Source: Torpedo marmorata
Lineage: Eukaryota
Assembly: GCA_977017645.1 (NCBI GenBank)
Contig: OZ360246.1
Coordinates: 30,876,001 to 30,940,000 of the forward strand
Reading direction: 5' to 3'
Length of the DNA: 64,000 bases
In this document: in pieces, positions 25,182 to 36,570 of the stretch
Layout: the number at the start of each line of letters is the position of its first letter
Position numbering within the stretch: the stretch's first letter is position 1
Notes under the pieces: generated by a model
What the model was told of the DNA's origin: nothing
What the model saw: the letters and a program-made list of their open reading frames with translations, nothing else
The model's database searches: none
Position numbers and translations under genes: made by a program

Positions 25182-25222
25182 CATACTTTGATGAGGGTCT
25201 CGGGCCCGAAACGTCGGTTATG
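25182..25222 (+). ncRNA. Minimal hammerhead-ribozyme-like motif in the pLTR (inverted copy near 23780-23820)
   Basis: CATACT-TTGATGA-GGGTCTCGGGCCC-GAAAC-GTC-GGTTATG: core boxes, short stem II, palindromic ACGT in place of stem III; core has U instead of the canonical C3. Confidence 0.55.
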
Positions 25223-26443
25223 TATTTCTACCTTTGCTACATAAAAGACACTGTTTGACCGGCTGAGTTTCTCCAGCATTTTGTTTTTTTACTTCCTCAC
25301 CATATTTATTGCTGATACAAACACGAGGAAGCAGCATCATCAGTCACTAATTTGGACACACCAAAGTCCCAGAAATTAATAAAAAGATTAAACTGGTGGA
25401 ATTCAGTAAAGGATACAGCATTGTCCAGGACACAAAGGTCACTGCACTTTTTCATTTAGTGTGTGACATTTTTACCATCTGCCTCATCAGGCAGAAAGCA
25501 CTTAGGTTAATTCATTACGGAGAAACTCCAGCACCATTATTCTCTTATTACCTTGCTGAAGTGTAGTTCTAGACACATTCAAATCTCACACTGAAACTTA
25601 AGTCATGATTTATGTGGTGAAGATGATGAAATGAGATAAATTTCTAAACACCAAACAGCCACTGGACTGATCCTTAGCAGAATGAAGAATGCTATGAATT
25701 GGGGGTTTTATAACTTAGAAAGGAGCTAATGAAAGGATAATTGAGACTCAGAGGTACATTGCTGCAACTAAACAATAAGAGAACAAACAACATGGATATG
25801 GGACTGATGTCTGTTAATTAACAAAGAGAGACAAACAGTTAGAATACTCTTCCAAGCAATGGAGGGGCATTTGAGTGTCATGAGAACAGCACTGCAGCAT
25901 CTTTCCTAATGGATGAGCTAAAATGAGCTGAATAGGTCTTCTTATCTGCATCCATCTTGTACTGAGGTGGTAGAGAAAGAAAAGTAAGAAGTGCATTCAA
26001 AACGCAATATTCATCCAATAGATAAGTTTTTTTAAAAGGATAAAAAGCAGTTCTACAATATCACAGATGGGCTAAATTGATAACCAATTAAAAGCTACCA
26101 ACAATGTACCACACTGATGTAACAACTTCATCATATTACATTAATTGTTTCAGCATCCCTGCACCGAGTCTGTTCAAGTGATTCATTTTGCTGTTTTTGC
26201 ATCACTATAACTTGGAAACTTCTGAACGCAATGCTTTTGTGCAAATGTCCCTACCACTATCAAATTATTTTCTAGTTTATTTTAGTGGATGGCTTAATAC
26301 AGTGCAGACAGGAACTCTAAGTTTGCTCATGTCAAAACATTCTTTGCAGCAAGTTCCATTTCTGCTGTATTTCATAGCACACTTGTCTATAAAATTCAAT
26401 TTAATGTGCCATTTCTTCACAGCGTCAGAGAGTACATGCTTAC

Positions 26444-26574
26444 CAGGCCTCGAGCAAACTCCCGCTGGGCAAAGGCCAGCTTGTGAGAGGATTTGTTGTC
26501 CAATAGGTATCTGGGTGCAAATGTCACAATGTTGGTATCTCTGTAGCGACCTCTACCTTTCCGAATATCAATTC
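26444..26574 (-). CDS. VPS13D: VPS13D coding exon 17: (G)IDIRKGRGRYRDTNIVTFAPRYLLDNKSSHKLAFAQREFARGL
   Basis: atcag acceptor, CTG|GTAAGC donor; 131 nt, phase 1 to 0. Confidence 0.96.
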
Positions 26575-26737
26575 CTGATATAGAAAAACGAAAGCATGTT
26601 TAGTGGCTCAGAAACACGTACAAAAACTTTATTGTCTCTGGATCATATCAGTTAACAGCTAATGATGGAGGATGATTCAACTACTCAACCCCTGAAGATA
26701 TCCCTTCAGATTAGTAAAGTACTTTATTCAGCCTTAC

Positions 26738-26880
26738 CAATACTATAAATAAGTCCTGGTCTGTTGCCATGTTGAATCACTTTCACGGCTCGGACACCAC
26801 TGCCTCCATCTGGAGAGAACTCCTGACACCACCCAGGTACTGCGTCTGGATGGATCCCCTTACCAATCCTCATCGTGCAC
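26738..26880 (-). CDS. VPS13D: VPS13D coding exon 16: CTMRIGKGIHPDAVPGWCQEFSPDGGSGVRAVKVIQHGNRPGLIYSI
   Basis: tgcag acceptor, G|GTAAGG donor; 143 nt, phase 2 to 1. Confidence 0.95.
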
Positions 26881-28468
26881 CTGCAGAGATCACAGTGTGT
26901 GAAGAAGAATTCTCTCCTTCATACATACAAGACTAAGACTGGAACTGCTGGTTTCCTGCAAGATAACAACCATAGACAGTAATGTCCTGGAGATGACACT
27001 AAATCATGTGGTGGCATGGGGACTGAGGTAGAGGAATTAGAATAACAACATTTGTATGAATTGAAGTGTCCCAGGTGTGCTGAATGTAAAGTAAATGTAA
27101 TGTAAATTTAAAGTGACGGATATGGAGAAAGACTTGGGAGATATCATTAACAAAATAAACACAGCTTCGGGGAGGTGAGCCAAGGAAAGACAGCTGTTCT
27201 GTCAGATTCCCTGTGCAAATTACGGTTATGATAATAGGGTTAAATCAGAGACTATATCTAGACAACTCTAGTTTCCCCAGTACAAGAATGGCCCCGTGGC
27301 TCAGGAGAATGAGGAGAGAAAGAAAACAGCCTCTTGCTTAATTCAATGAATCATAATGATGGAACATGCCTTGAGTTTGGAAACAGAGATCTGATTCATA
27401 TTTTAGAAATTAAGTAATGATATTTTAAACATACAAGTAAACAAACTGTTTGAGGCGGGTTGCTGATAGTATTCTGATTTACCATTTCAAGTCGGGAACA
27501 CATGAGGTGAGATTAGATGTGTTAATATTTTCACAGAATAAAAGTTGCTTGTCAAATAGAGGGATGGTCCTGTTATGGGTAAAATCGATAGATCAGGGAC
27601 ATCATGGATCTTACTATCATAATATAACCAGCCTATCCTATTCATAAAAATACATAATAGATAACCTATCAAACTGCAAATTAAAAAAAAAAACATCTTG
27701 GGCTGTCATAATGGCTGATCTACACAGAATATGAAGTAGAAGGTTTAATACAGATGATCCCAGCAATACAGTAACTCACTTTGGTGTGTCTTGGTCATAC
27801 AGTTAAAAATTAATTAGGTGTTGATTGCTAGAACTCAGTGAAAATAATCTGAATAGAAATTGAGTAAGAGCTCAAATTTCCCCTTTGGCCAAATGGTTAT
27901 TAATAGCCTTTAGTATAACGAACAACAAAAGAAGGGTAATTAGTAATATTGAATCGATATTACAGAAAAATGTTTCTTATTTCAGGTTGTGTGACAGATG
28001 GTGGCAGGTGGGGCAAAAGGTGATCGAAATAAAAATGGGAATTAGGTACAAATTCCATACATCATTTGATACACGAGGCTGTGACGTTTAATTCCTGGAC
28101 TGCAATAATTTAACCCATGTCAAACTGTAGCTGTGGGACTGGGGATTTCTAGTCACCATTTCCTAATCTTATTGAAAAGATGTGTTTGGCTAGTAACACA
28201 ACTGAAGCAGTTGTGATATCAAGTCACTTTGGGATTACTGCTGTCACTCAATAAAACCCTACTGCAATGAGGCATCAAAAGATGAAGCAAATGGGAATTG
28301 TGGACATCACTTCAAGAGATCAATTTGAACTGCATATTGATAAACTGCAGAGATTGACAAGGTAAAGGATTGGTGCATCAAGAGTACAAGTTGAGGTATT
28401 TAAGAGAAACGGAAAACCGGAAAACACTAGGAAGTCCCTCAGGGAGGGAGGAGGGGAGTGAGCGTGAG

Positions 28469-28938
28469 NNNNNNNNNNNNNNNNNNNNNNNNNNNNNNNN
28501 NNNNNNNNNNNNNNNNNNNNNNNNNNNNNNNNNNNNNNNNNNNNNNNNNNNNNNNNNNNNNNNNNNNNNNNNNNNNNNNNNNNNNNNNNNNNNNNNNNNN
28601 NNNNNNNNNNNNNNNNNNNNNNNNNNNNNNNNNNNNNNNNNNNNNNNNNNNNNNNNNNNNNNNNNNNNNNNNNNNNNNNNNNNNNNNNNNNNNNNNNNNN
28701 NNNNNNNNNNNNNNNNNNNNNNNNNNNNNNNNNNNNNNNNNNNNNNNNNNNNNNNNNNNNNNNNNNNNNNNNNNNNNNNNNNNNNNNNNNNNNNNNNNNN
28801 NNNNNNNNNNNNNNNNNNNNNNNNNNNNNNNNNNNNNNNNNNNNNNNNNNNNNNNNNNNNNNNNNNNNNNNNNNNNNNNNNNNNNNNNNNNNNNNNNNNN
28901 NNNNNNNNNNNNNNNNNNNNNNNNNNNNNNNNNNNNNN
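28469..28938. other. Assembly gap (470 N)
   Basis: Run of N; flanking exons join in frame, so no constitutive exon needs to be hidden here. Confidence 0.99.
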
Positions 28939-28939
28939 C

Positions 28940-29090
28940 ATCTTTCTTTCTGCAACTCCCTTTCCCAGTCTGATGAAGAGCTGACAGCCTGAACATGAAC
29001 TCTGTTCCTCTTTCCACAGGTGTTGCCTGACCTTCTGAACATTTCAGCATTTTCTGCTTTTGTTTCAGATTTTCTGCATCTGCAATCTTA
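28940..29090 (+). mobile_element. Penelope pLTR remnant
   Basis: CAGTCTGATGAAGAG..CCTGAAC..TGTTGCCTGACCTTCTGAACATTTCAGCATTTTCTG. Confidence 0.6.
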
Positions 29091-29386
29091 TGTGCATTTC
29101 AAGCAATTGAGCGCAAGACCACCCACCTGTTTAGAAAGGCTATTTGCAGATCAAGGATTCACGCAAGTAAACATATACATTTCATATGGATAAAATATTA
29201 TAGCAATGACTCAACGAGTTTTGAAAATGTAATAATACCCAGAAACAAAAGTTAAAACTAGACCCTTACAAAGGTTTAAGGGAGGAGATAATTACTGTTC
29301 ATAATTACAAACAGCTGAAACTCAGAATTGTTATACTGAGGCTATTAGATAAACCTCGGATGTGTATTATTGCTTTTCCTACTCAC

Positions 29387-29513
29387 ATGTTTGGTTGTTC
29401 TTTGTCTGTAAAGCTGAACAGAAGGGGGCTGAGGCTTCGTGCGAGCTCATGCTCCTCAAATTGTCCTGCTGCATCCGCCTTTGCATTGTCCTGACGAAAC
29501 ATTAGTGGCAACC
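29387..29513 (-). CDS. VPS13D: VPS13D coding exon 14: (G)LPLMFRQDNAKADAAGQFEEHELARSLSPLLFSFTDKEQPNM; joins exon at 26738-26880 directly (label 15 unused)
   Basis: tgcag acceptor, AT|GTGAGT donor; 127 nt, phase 1 to 2. Exon labels are only for orientation; coordinates define the 28 exons. Confidence 0.96.
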
Positions 29514-29636
29514 CTGCAGGAAGATTGGAATGAACTCTTTAGATAATTAATATTTGCAAACCACTTGCATTTCTGAAATGTTGCAAAATTACATTGTTCA
29601 CCTATTTTTACTCTGGAATATGAACCCTTTTCTTAC

Positions 29637-29828
29637 CTGTCTTATTGAGGAGCCAGTAAGGTGCAGAAATAAGTATCTTAAGGGAACCCTCAGCTCTACA
29701 CACAATCCGAATGCTCAGTTTCAACAGACGCTTTTTGGTGTCATAGAGACGCATTCTCACATGATAGTTAGTGGTTCCCGCTGGTATTAGTAGTTCCTTG
29801 CACACTGGGAAGTTTTCAAGCGTAATTC
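29637..29828 (-). CDS. VPS13D: VPS13D coding exon 13: (G)ITLENFPVCKELLIPAGTTNYHVRMRLYDTKKRLLKLSIRIVCRAEGSLKILISAPYWLLNKT
   Basis: gtcag acceptor, G|GTAAGA donor; 192 nt, phase 1/1; PYWLLNKTG VAB motif. Confidence 0.96.
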
Positions 29829-29894
29829 CTGACAAAATAAAATTGCTGTTAAAAAGCATTCTGAAAATAAGATTTTTAGTATGCAAATTAACTT

Positions 29895-29980
29895 TTCAAT
29901 TTAGAGATACAGCATGGTAACAGGCCCTTCCGGCCCATGAACCCGTGCTGCCCAAATACACCATTAACCTACAAACATAT
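29895..29980 (-). mobile_element. SINE 3' fragment
   Basis: ATACAGCATGGTAACAGGCCCTTCCGGCCCATGA..CCCGTGCTGCCCAA. Confidence 0.7.
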
Positions 29981-30169
29981 TGAAAATATGAGAAGGTCAA
30001 GGAGAGGGAGAAACTGAGCTAACAAACTAACTTTTTATCAGAGTGAGAAGTAATTTTTCAGTTGATGAGGAACAGGAGGAGTGAAGTAAACAGTGGGAAT
30101 GTCTGTGGCAAGGTAAGGACCAGAAGAGAATGCATTGGGGATGTCTGGGGTTGGTGAAGGCTTCTTGAC

Positions 30170-30755
30170 TCGATAAGACCATTGAGTCTGCTCTCTCATT
30201 CGAATCATGGCTGATGTATTTTTCCTCTCAATCCCACTCTCCTGCCTTCCCCCATAACCTTTGGCATGCTTACTAATCAGGAAGCCCTTCTGTGACAATG
30301 AACTCCATAGATTCACCACTCTCTGACAGAAAAACATTCTGTTCTAAAGGGATGCCCTTTTATTCTGAGGCTGTGCCCTCTGGTCCAAGGCTCTCCCACT
30401 ACCAGAAACATCTTCTCCACGTACACTCTATCCAGCCCTTTCATTAGTTGGTAGGTTTCAATGAGATCCCCCCTCATCCTTCTCAACTTCAGTGAGTGTG
30501 GGTCCAAATCCATCAAACACTCCTCTTACATTAATTCTCTCATCCCCAGGATCAATCTCGTTAAACTCCTCTGGACTCTCTCCAATGCCTGTCCATCCTT
30601 CCTTAGGTATGAGGCACAAAACTGCTCACAATACTCCAAATGTGACTGACCAACACCTTATAAAACCTTAGCATTACATTCTTGTTTTCGTATTCTAGTC
30701 CTCTTGAAATGAATGCTAACATTTCAATTGTCTTTACTACTGACTTAACCTGTAA
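30170..30755 (-). mobile_element. CR1-clade LINE 3' fragment
   Basis: Minus ORFs RRMRGDLIETY.LMKGLDRV, TRGHSLRIKG, FFCQRVVNLW. Confidence 0.85.
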
Positions 30756-31240
30756 GGAAACCAATGTTTATTTAGGGCAATGTGATGATTAATTAATTTT
30801 AGTGGTCAAGTTTCAGAAACAAAATTGGCTAGGATATTGGGAACACTCAATATTGTCACATGAGCTTTCGTGTACATCTGGAATGCTTCTTCAACTCTAG
30901 CTTGGGACTTTAAATTCAATATTTTTAACCCCCAGGGCCATCTCCACTAGGTTAAAACAATACAGTGTGGTGGCATCAGGTATCTGGATAGGTATTCTTC
31001 AGTTTATGAACATTTTATTTAATGAATTGTCACTTTAAAGCAGTTAACACTTAGGGGTAGGTGTCTTCAATCCATAGATCTATTTTATGCTATTACCGTA
31101 TTTTCACTCATATAACGTGCACACGCATATAACACGCATACGCATATAACGCGCAGAAAATCATAAACTGAGTAAAATATTTTCATATAGCGCGCACACG
31201 CATATAACGCACGGGTGTAGTATTCTACATTCTGACTCAA

Positions 31241-31749
31241 GAGCATTTTGCATTTACTTGGGACATAAGACAAAACACATTCCATAATCCCACTATCTGC
31301 CACAGTTAATCTCCCGCGATTTACACCCATTCAATTTCCCCCAGTGGTGTCAATTGCCCATTATATAGATGATATCCTCCTGCAACACATTAACAAGCTT
31401 TGGAGAGGAATCAATTAAATAGATCGAAGACATGCTTCAGAGTTAAGCAGAATTTTAATTCTGTCATGATTTAAAAAACCTTTCTTTAAAAGAAACCTTA
31501 TCTTGTTAAAAATAGTGTGCAATTGAGAGATTTATGGTTTGATTTGATGTAATGAGGATGATTAAACTGATGCCATAGGACAGAATCATCCTAATGTTGT
31601 CTCAAATCAGAGGCACTTGATATGTTAATCTCCTCCCTCAGGGGACGGGTCTGGGTCTGTGCCCTAGCCAGAATATCCTGTTTCTCGGAATACCATGGCA
31701 CTCAGGCCAAAGAGATATTCCCAAGATCAAAATTTTGAATTTTGCCATT
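31241..31749 (+). pseudogene. Decayed retroviral (class III/ERV-L-like) RT fragments inside the MITE
   Basis: Manual translation with frameshifts: EHFAFTWDIRQNTF, HNPTICH, LISRDL, VSIAHYIDDILLQ (YIDD 31362-31373), then PSQNILFLGIPWHSGQRDIPKIKILNFAI (31663-31749), collinear with retroviral RT. Confidence 0.72.
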
Positions 31750-31762
31750 TTGTATGTACCCA

Positions 31763-32010
31763 ATTCCCACGCTCGCTATAAATTGTACGCGTTCTTTCAT
31801 TGCCGCTATTACATTCCCACGCTCGCTATAAATTGCCGGTGCAACTTTCCCACGCCCATTATAAATTGTGCATGTTCTTTCATTGCCGCTATTACATTCC
31901 CACGCCCATTATAAATTGTGCATGTTCTTTCATTGCCGCTATTACATTCCCACGCTCGCTATAAATTGCCGGTGCGACTTTCCCATGCCCACTATAAATT
32001 GTGCGTGTTG
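31763..32010. repeat. Tandem array of CCCACGC(T/C)C(G/A)(C/T)TATAAATTG-containing units (~33 and ~49 bp alternating)
   Basis: Six copies of the core visible within the MITE. Confidence 0.88.
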
Positions 32011-32598
32011 TTTCAACATGTGAAAATATTCTCGTATAGCGTGCACACGCATATAACGCGCGGGGGGGGGTAAACCTGGTTTGTAAAAAACTCATAACAC
32101 GCGCGTTATATGCATAAAAATATGGTACACATAGCACAAAACTCTCCACCAAAAGCAATACACCGTGACAAAATACTCAGTGTTTTGCACAGTCTTTTAA
32201 ATTAACAAATTTTAACCTGAAATGTTTTTTTTAATCTGACCTTGGACCAACTTGAAAAATAAGCATACAAATATAAAGCATACAAATATAGAAAATACAC
32301 AAAGGATCAATCATCAAGTGCTGGAGAAAAGCAGGGTCAAATCTGCATGGGAGACCCTTCAGCTGTCAGCTTCTACCCATAAACACACTATTTGGTTCTG
32401 TACTGGTCAGTAAGAGAGCATTCATGTGTATTTCCACACACAGAAGAATCATATATTTTTTTACTTCTTTTATTGCAAAGTTTCTAAAAGTGTTTGTGCA
32501 GAATATAAAGCAGTGTCTATTTTACATGTTTGCAATTTGGAGGTGTTCACTGCATTTAAGACTATTGACAAAACAAATAAACAACCAGAGGTTCTTAC

Positions 32599-32846
32599 CA
32601 AGCTCAATATTCTGAGATGTGTCAGCTGTGTGCAGGACAGCATCTTTCCCTCGTTTTAATGACCCACTGATGGGGGTGCTTTTGACATAGTAGGAAAGCT
32701 CACAGGGGAGTAGATTTGTCAGGATAAGGGTAGGTAGCAAGTAGATGGTGTGGCCCGGTTGTCGGTAAACCTGCATGGCATTGCCAGACATCAAGTTTAA
32801 TGGCAGGTAATCAGGATAGTTTTCTTTCTTAACTGCCACACAATAC
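32599..32846 (-). CDS. VPS13D: VPS13D coding exon 12: (R)YCVAVKKENYPDY...QPGHTIYLLPTLILTNLLPCEL...HTADTSQNIEL
   Basis: tccag acceptor, G|GTAAGA donor; 248 nt, phase 2 to 1; NLLP VAB motif. Confidence 0.96.
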
Positions 32847-33289
32847 CTGGAAGACAAAAAAGTCTCAGTATCACAGCTGCATTCATATACTCCAATGACA
32901 ATGATCTGAATTTATGTAGAAAATCTTCCCTTATGGGTACTCAAAGTCTGCATAAAGCTGATATACGAAGTTTTTTTTTTATTAGATTTGTCTTTTTAAG
33001 GAAGTGGATGGATTTAGATATGGAATTCCAAAGCCTGATGGCTGAACACATCAAACAAAGGTTAAAAGAGGACGGGAGAATTCAGTGGAATCACAGGACA
33101 CTGCTTGGTTGAGGAATGCTAAAGCCACCGAGGGAAACAAGGTCCTAATGGGATTTAAGCATGTTTTATTTGTTATTATTGCAGTGCTGCTGCTTTTGAA
33201 ACTCTTGAATACCTGACGAACATAGGGTATCTTATTGATGAAACTGATATTGGAGAAATACATGTTCAATAGACATACAACTTCTCTGA

Positions 33290-33600
33290 ACAGCTCTGCA
33301 AAGAAATAGGCCCTTTGGCCCACCATGATGCCAATCTAACTAATCCCATTTGCCTGCGCATGGTTTTTATCCCTCTATTCCCTGCCAGTTCAGATAAATA
33401 TCTGTTTCTTCCACCTCTCCTGACAACTTTATGTGCAAAAAAAAACATTTTTCCCTTCCAACAAACCTATGCTCTCAAATATTTGACATTTTCACCCTGG
33501 GGAAAAAGACTAACTACCACATCTATGCATTTCATGATTTTATACATTTGTATCAGGTCACCCCTCAGCTTCCGACTCCCTGGAGAAAACAAGTTTGGAG
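33290..33600 (-). mobile_element. Decayed CR1 3' fragment
   Basis: Minus ORF LFS...RKLRGDLIQMYKIM; CR1/HER1-type 3' end. Confidence 0.65.
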
Positions 33601-33851
33601 AGATGGGCTTCAACTTAGTGACTTTTTTTTTGCAATTATCCAGTGAAGGATTCAATGCCACGGGAAAATTAAACTTCCCCCTTTTCCATCTGTAACATTG
33701 TCAAGAACATTGTTCCACCTTTACTAATTTTCACCTGGAAACAGAAAGACATTGCAACATCTTTTGAATTCATTGAGTCTCTTAAAACCTTAAGTGCCCC
33801 CTGGCTAGGTGGAAATTATCATCATTTCAAAAGAAATCAACGATATTAAAA

Positions 33852-34090
33852 AATTAACAATACAGCACAGTAGAAGACCCTTCTGGCCCATGAAACCCAT
33901 GTCGTCCAATTACATCCATTTAACCTACCAACCCTATATGTTTTCGAGGGTGGAATTTAACTAGAGCACCCGGACAAAACCCACACAGGTCATGGGGAGA
34001 ACGGAAACTCTTTACAGATGGCAGGATTCGAACCTGGGTTACTGGCGCTGTAATAGTGTGGTGCTAACCACTACACTAACTGTGCCGCCT
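33852..34090 (-). mobile_element. tRNA-derived V-SINE (older copy)
   Basis: Reverse complement carries GGTTCGAATCC B-box, V-domain and SINE tail. Confidence 0.8.
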
Positions 34091-35157
34091 GAAGGTGCTC
34101 CTCATCAGGCTACCTTTGAGAAGCGCTCTGGTAAGATGTCATAGAAGAATTATCCATATCTTAAGGGCAGCATGGTCCAGACTGCCAAAACCTCATCTTG
34201 AGACACACAGGAGACTGCAGATGCTGGAACCTGAAGCCAAACACAATCTGCTGGAGGAACTCAACTTGCTTTTAAATGTTAAGGCTTTAACGAGCCATGT
34301 CATAAGCTGTTGCTGCTGTGTTTCAAAACATAGATTTAATGGATATTCCAGCAAGGTAATAAAAAATAGGACAATGTAAACTTGAAACATGAGCATATTT
34401 AGAGCAGCTGGACAGAATGACACCGATTTAGGGTTGTTAAAGGGAAATTTAGGGCACACTGCAGGAAGGTGTTTAAAAAGGAAGGTTATAAACAATTTAA
34501 GTGCTTTGACAGGAAGAACAGCTGAGGGTCAGAGTTGACTAATTCAAGAAACAGTTGATTTCTACAATTTAAAATCTGCACAATTTCTCAGAGAATGAGA
34601 TCAAATGGTTTGTAGTGTTGCCTTCATCAAAAGCCATGTTTTTGTGATTCTTTAAATTCTGTCTCACTTTCAATACACACCAAAAAATGTCATTTAAGCA
34701 CCAAGTGCCATTTGAAATAACATTTTTGAAATATATATTTATTTCAACAGAGTTTATGCAATTTTGAATTTGATTTAACTTTTATGCAAAAGATAATGTT
34801 TTAAATTATATTCCTTCATTAATGAAATATTGTTTGAACAAGAAGTGAACAACAATAGATCCTACTTGTTTTTGCAAAAAGATTAAAAAAGTTACCCAAC
34901 GTTGAAATTTAATTAAAACTCCCCCAAAAATCCTATAATGCTGTAAATCCTGCTTATTAGGTAACATTTGAGGGAGGAGAGGTTTAGAGAGACAAGCCAC
35001 ACTTTGAAACTTGGATTTTCTTATTCAGTGACAAAATGTGAAAACAAATGTTGAAGTTTAGAAAAAAAATTGAAGACTGCATGTCAACAATGTCCTTCCA
35101 ATACTTGTGGGAGATTTGCAGAAATAAATGCAGCAGAGAAAACAGCAGAATGCTTAC

Positions 35158-35365
35158 CTGAAGCTACTGTCATCACAGTCTGATGAATGACATTCTCGCT
35201 TGCTGCTGTTCAGTTCTCCTACTTTTGCCACACTCGTCCAATGGATGGGTGCTTTACAGAAAAACAACCCAAATCCATTTGGTCTTGCTTGTAGACGCCA
35301 TGATGTTAGGTGTAATGGGATTGCTAATGAGTCACCTGGTAGCACAGCTGGCAGTACCACTGGTT
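35158..35365 (-). CDS. VPS13D: VPS13D coding exon 11: (K)PVVLPAVLPGDSLAIPLHLTSWRLQARPNGFGLFFCKAPIHW...KRECHSSDCDDSSFR
   Basis: ttcag acceptor, AG|GTAAGC donor; 208 nt, phase 1 to 2. Confidence 0.95.
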
Positions 35366-35429
35366 CTGAAATGATCAAATTGGTTTGCATAAATTTGAAA
35401 ATGATAAAAATAGGAAACAACTTTGCAAA

Positions 35430-35930
35430 GTCACAGAATCACACAGGCCCTTCAGCTCACCATGTCCATGTCAACCATCAAGTACTCATCTTCATTAAGC
35501 AGCACTTGATTTGTAGTCTTCTAAGCCTTGACAACTTAAGTGCTCTCCTCGATACTTGAATGTTGCGAGTACCGACTCAGTGTGTTCTAGATGCAAACCA
35601 TCTTCTAGGTGAAACATTTCTTCCTTCAATCTCCTCTAAAGCTCTCTCCGCTCCCTCACTCCCTTCAACCTATAGTTTAGAGTTCCCTCTGTTAGGAAAA
35701 GTTTCAAGCAATCTACCCTGTCTAGTTTCTTAATTCTGTCCACTTCGAACAGGTCTCTCCTCAGCCCTTTCACTCCAAGGAAAACAGCCTCACCCTGACT
35801 TGTCAAGACTCACAAGACAACAGAGAAAGACACCATCCTGTGAATCTCCTCTGCACCTACTCCAGTCCAATCGTGTCCTTTCCTTCAAGTGGCAACCAGA
35901 ACTGCATTCAATATCCTATCTTTATCCCAT
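35430..35930 (-). mobile_element. Decayed CR1 3' fragment
   Basis: CACAGAATCACACAGGCCCTTCAGCTCACC 3' end and CAACCAGAACTGCA (VQFW) remnants; approximate. Confidence 0.6.
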
Positions 35931-36289
35931 CAATATCCCCCAGTTACAGAAACAAATTGATAAAGAACTTCAGCTTTCTTTTCTAATACTTTAGCCAGAG
36001 TTGAACAAATTAACCAAGCTTCATTCTGGTCAAAGGACTACTGACCGATTTTGTTGGATAGATCAATATTTTGTTGACTTGCTGATGCTTTGCTTACATA
36101 TATTGATCTTCTGGCCTAGTCGTCACCTCTGCGGACAGAATATTCAACCAAATATATCCTGTCCCCGCATGATGTCCACAGCATACTCAAGCAAGGTTTC
36201 CAAATGTAACAGTCAAGGTGAAGAATTAAATTTAATTATAAAGATTCAAGATATCCATAAATATCCACTCTATGCTGCGTGACTCATCT

Positions 36290-36570
36290 TCCTCCATCTG
36301 ACCCCTTTGTTTTTCTTGTCTCTGTCAGGAATCCATCAATTTACTGCCTCTATCCATCATACTTCACCTCTCCCTGGTCCAGCAACCCTACCCTGTCCTT
36401 CCTCTCCCACCCTGCCCTCTTTACACAATTTTATTCTCCACATCCCCAGTCTTAATGAAGGGTTTCACTGAAACGTCTGCCATTCTTTTTCATCTGTTGA
36501 TGCTGCTCGATCCGCTGAGTTCCTCCAGCAGATTGTATTTAGCTTCAGATTCCAGTATCTGTGATCTTCA
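36290..36570 (+). mobile_element. Penelope pLTR remnant
   Basis: Pyrimidine tract then CAGTCTTAATGAAGGGTTTCACTGAAACGTC..GATGCTGCTCGATCCGCTGAGTTCCTCCAGCA. Confidence 0.65.

Larger units (their letters stand above)
23665..25292 (-). mobile_element. Penelope-like element with GIY-YIG endonuclease ORF, inverted pLTRs and no recognisable RT
   Basis: ORF 24009-25184 ends in CxxxRCxTC..FTCTS..LIYCIQCSLCGFLYIGET.R.LGDRFAEH..VANHF..KLEEQHLIFRLGTL.PDGIN; ~240-bp inverted repeat 23707-23948 vs 25052-25295; 14-bp TSD TTCCTCACCATATT at 23651-23664 and 25293-25306. Confidence 0.9.
31096..32125. mobile_element. Non-autonomous Tc1/mariner-pogo (Tc2-like) DNA transposon
   Basis: TA TSD at 31094-31095 and 32126-32127; imperfect TIRs CCGTATTTTCACTCATATAACG / CGTTATATGCATAAAAATATGG; repeated GCATATAACGC subterminal motif; no transposase. 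Confidence 0.8.

Noticed and set aside
28320-29050. Five long ORFs in the track
   Set aside because: Artefacts of translating the N gap
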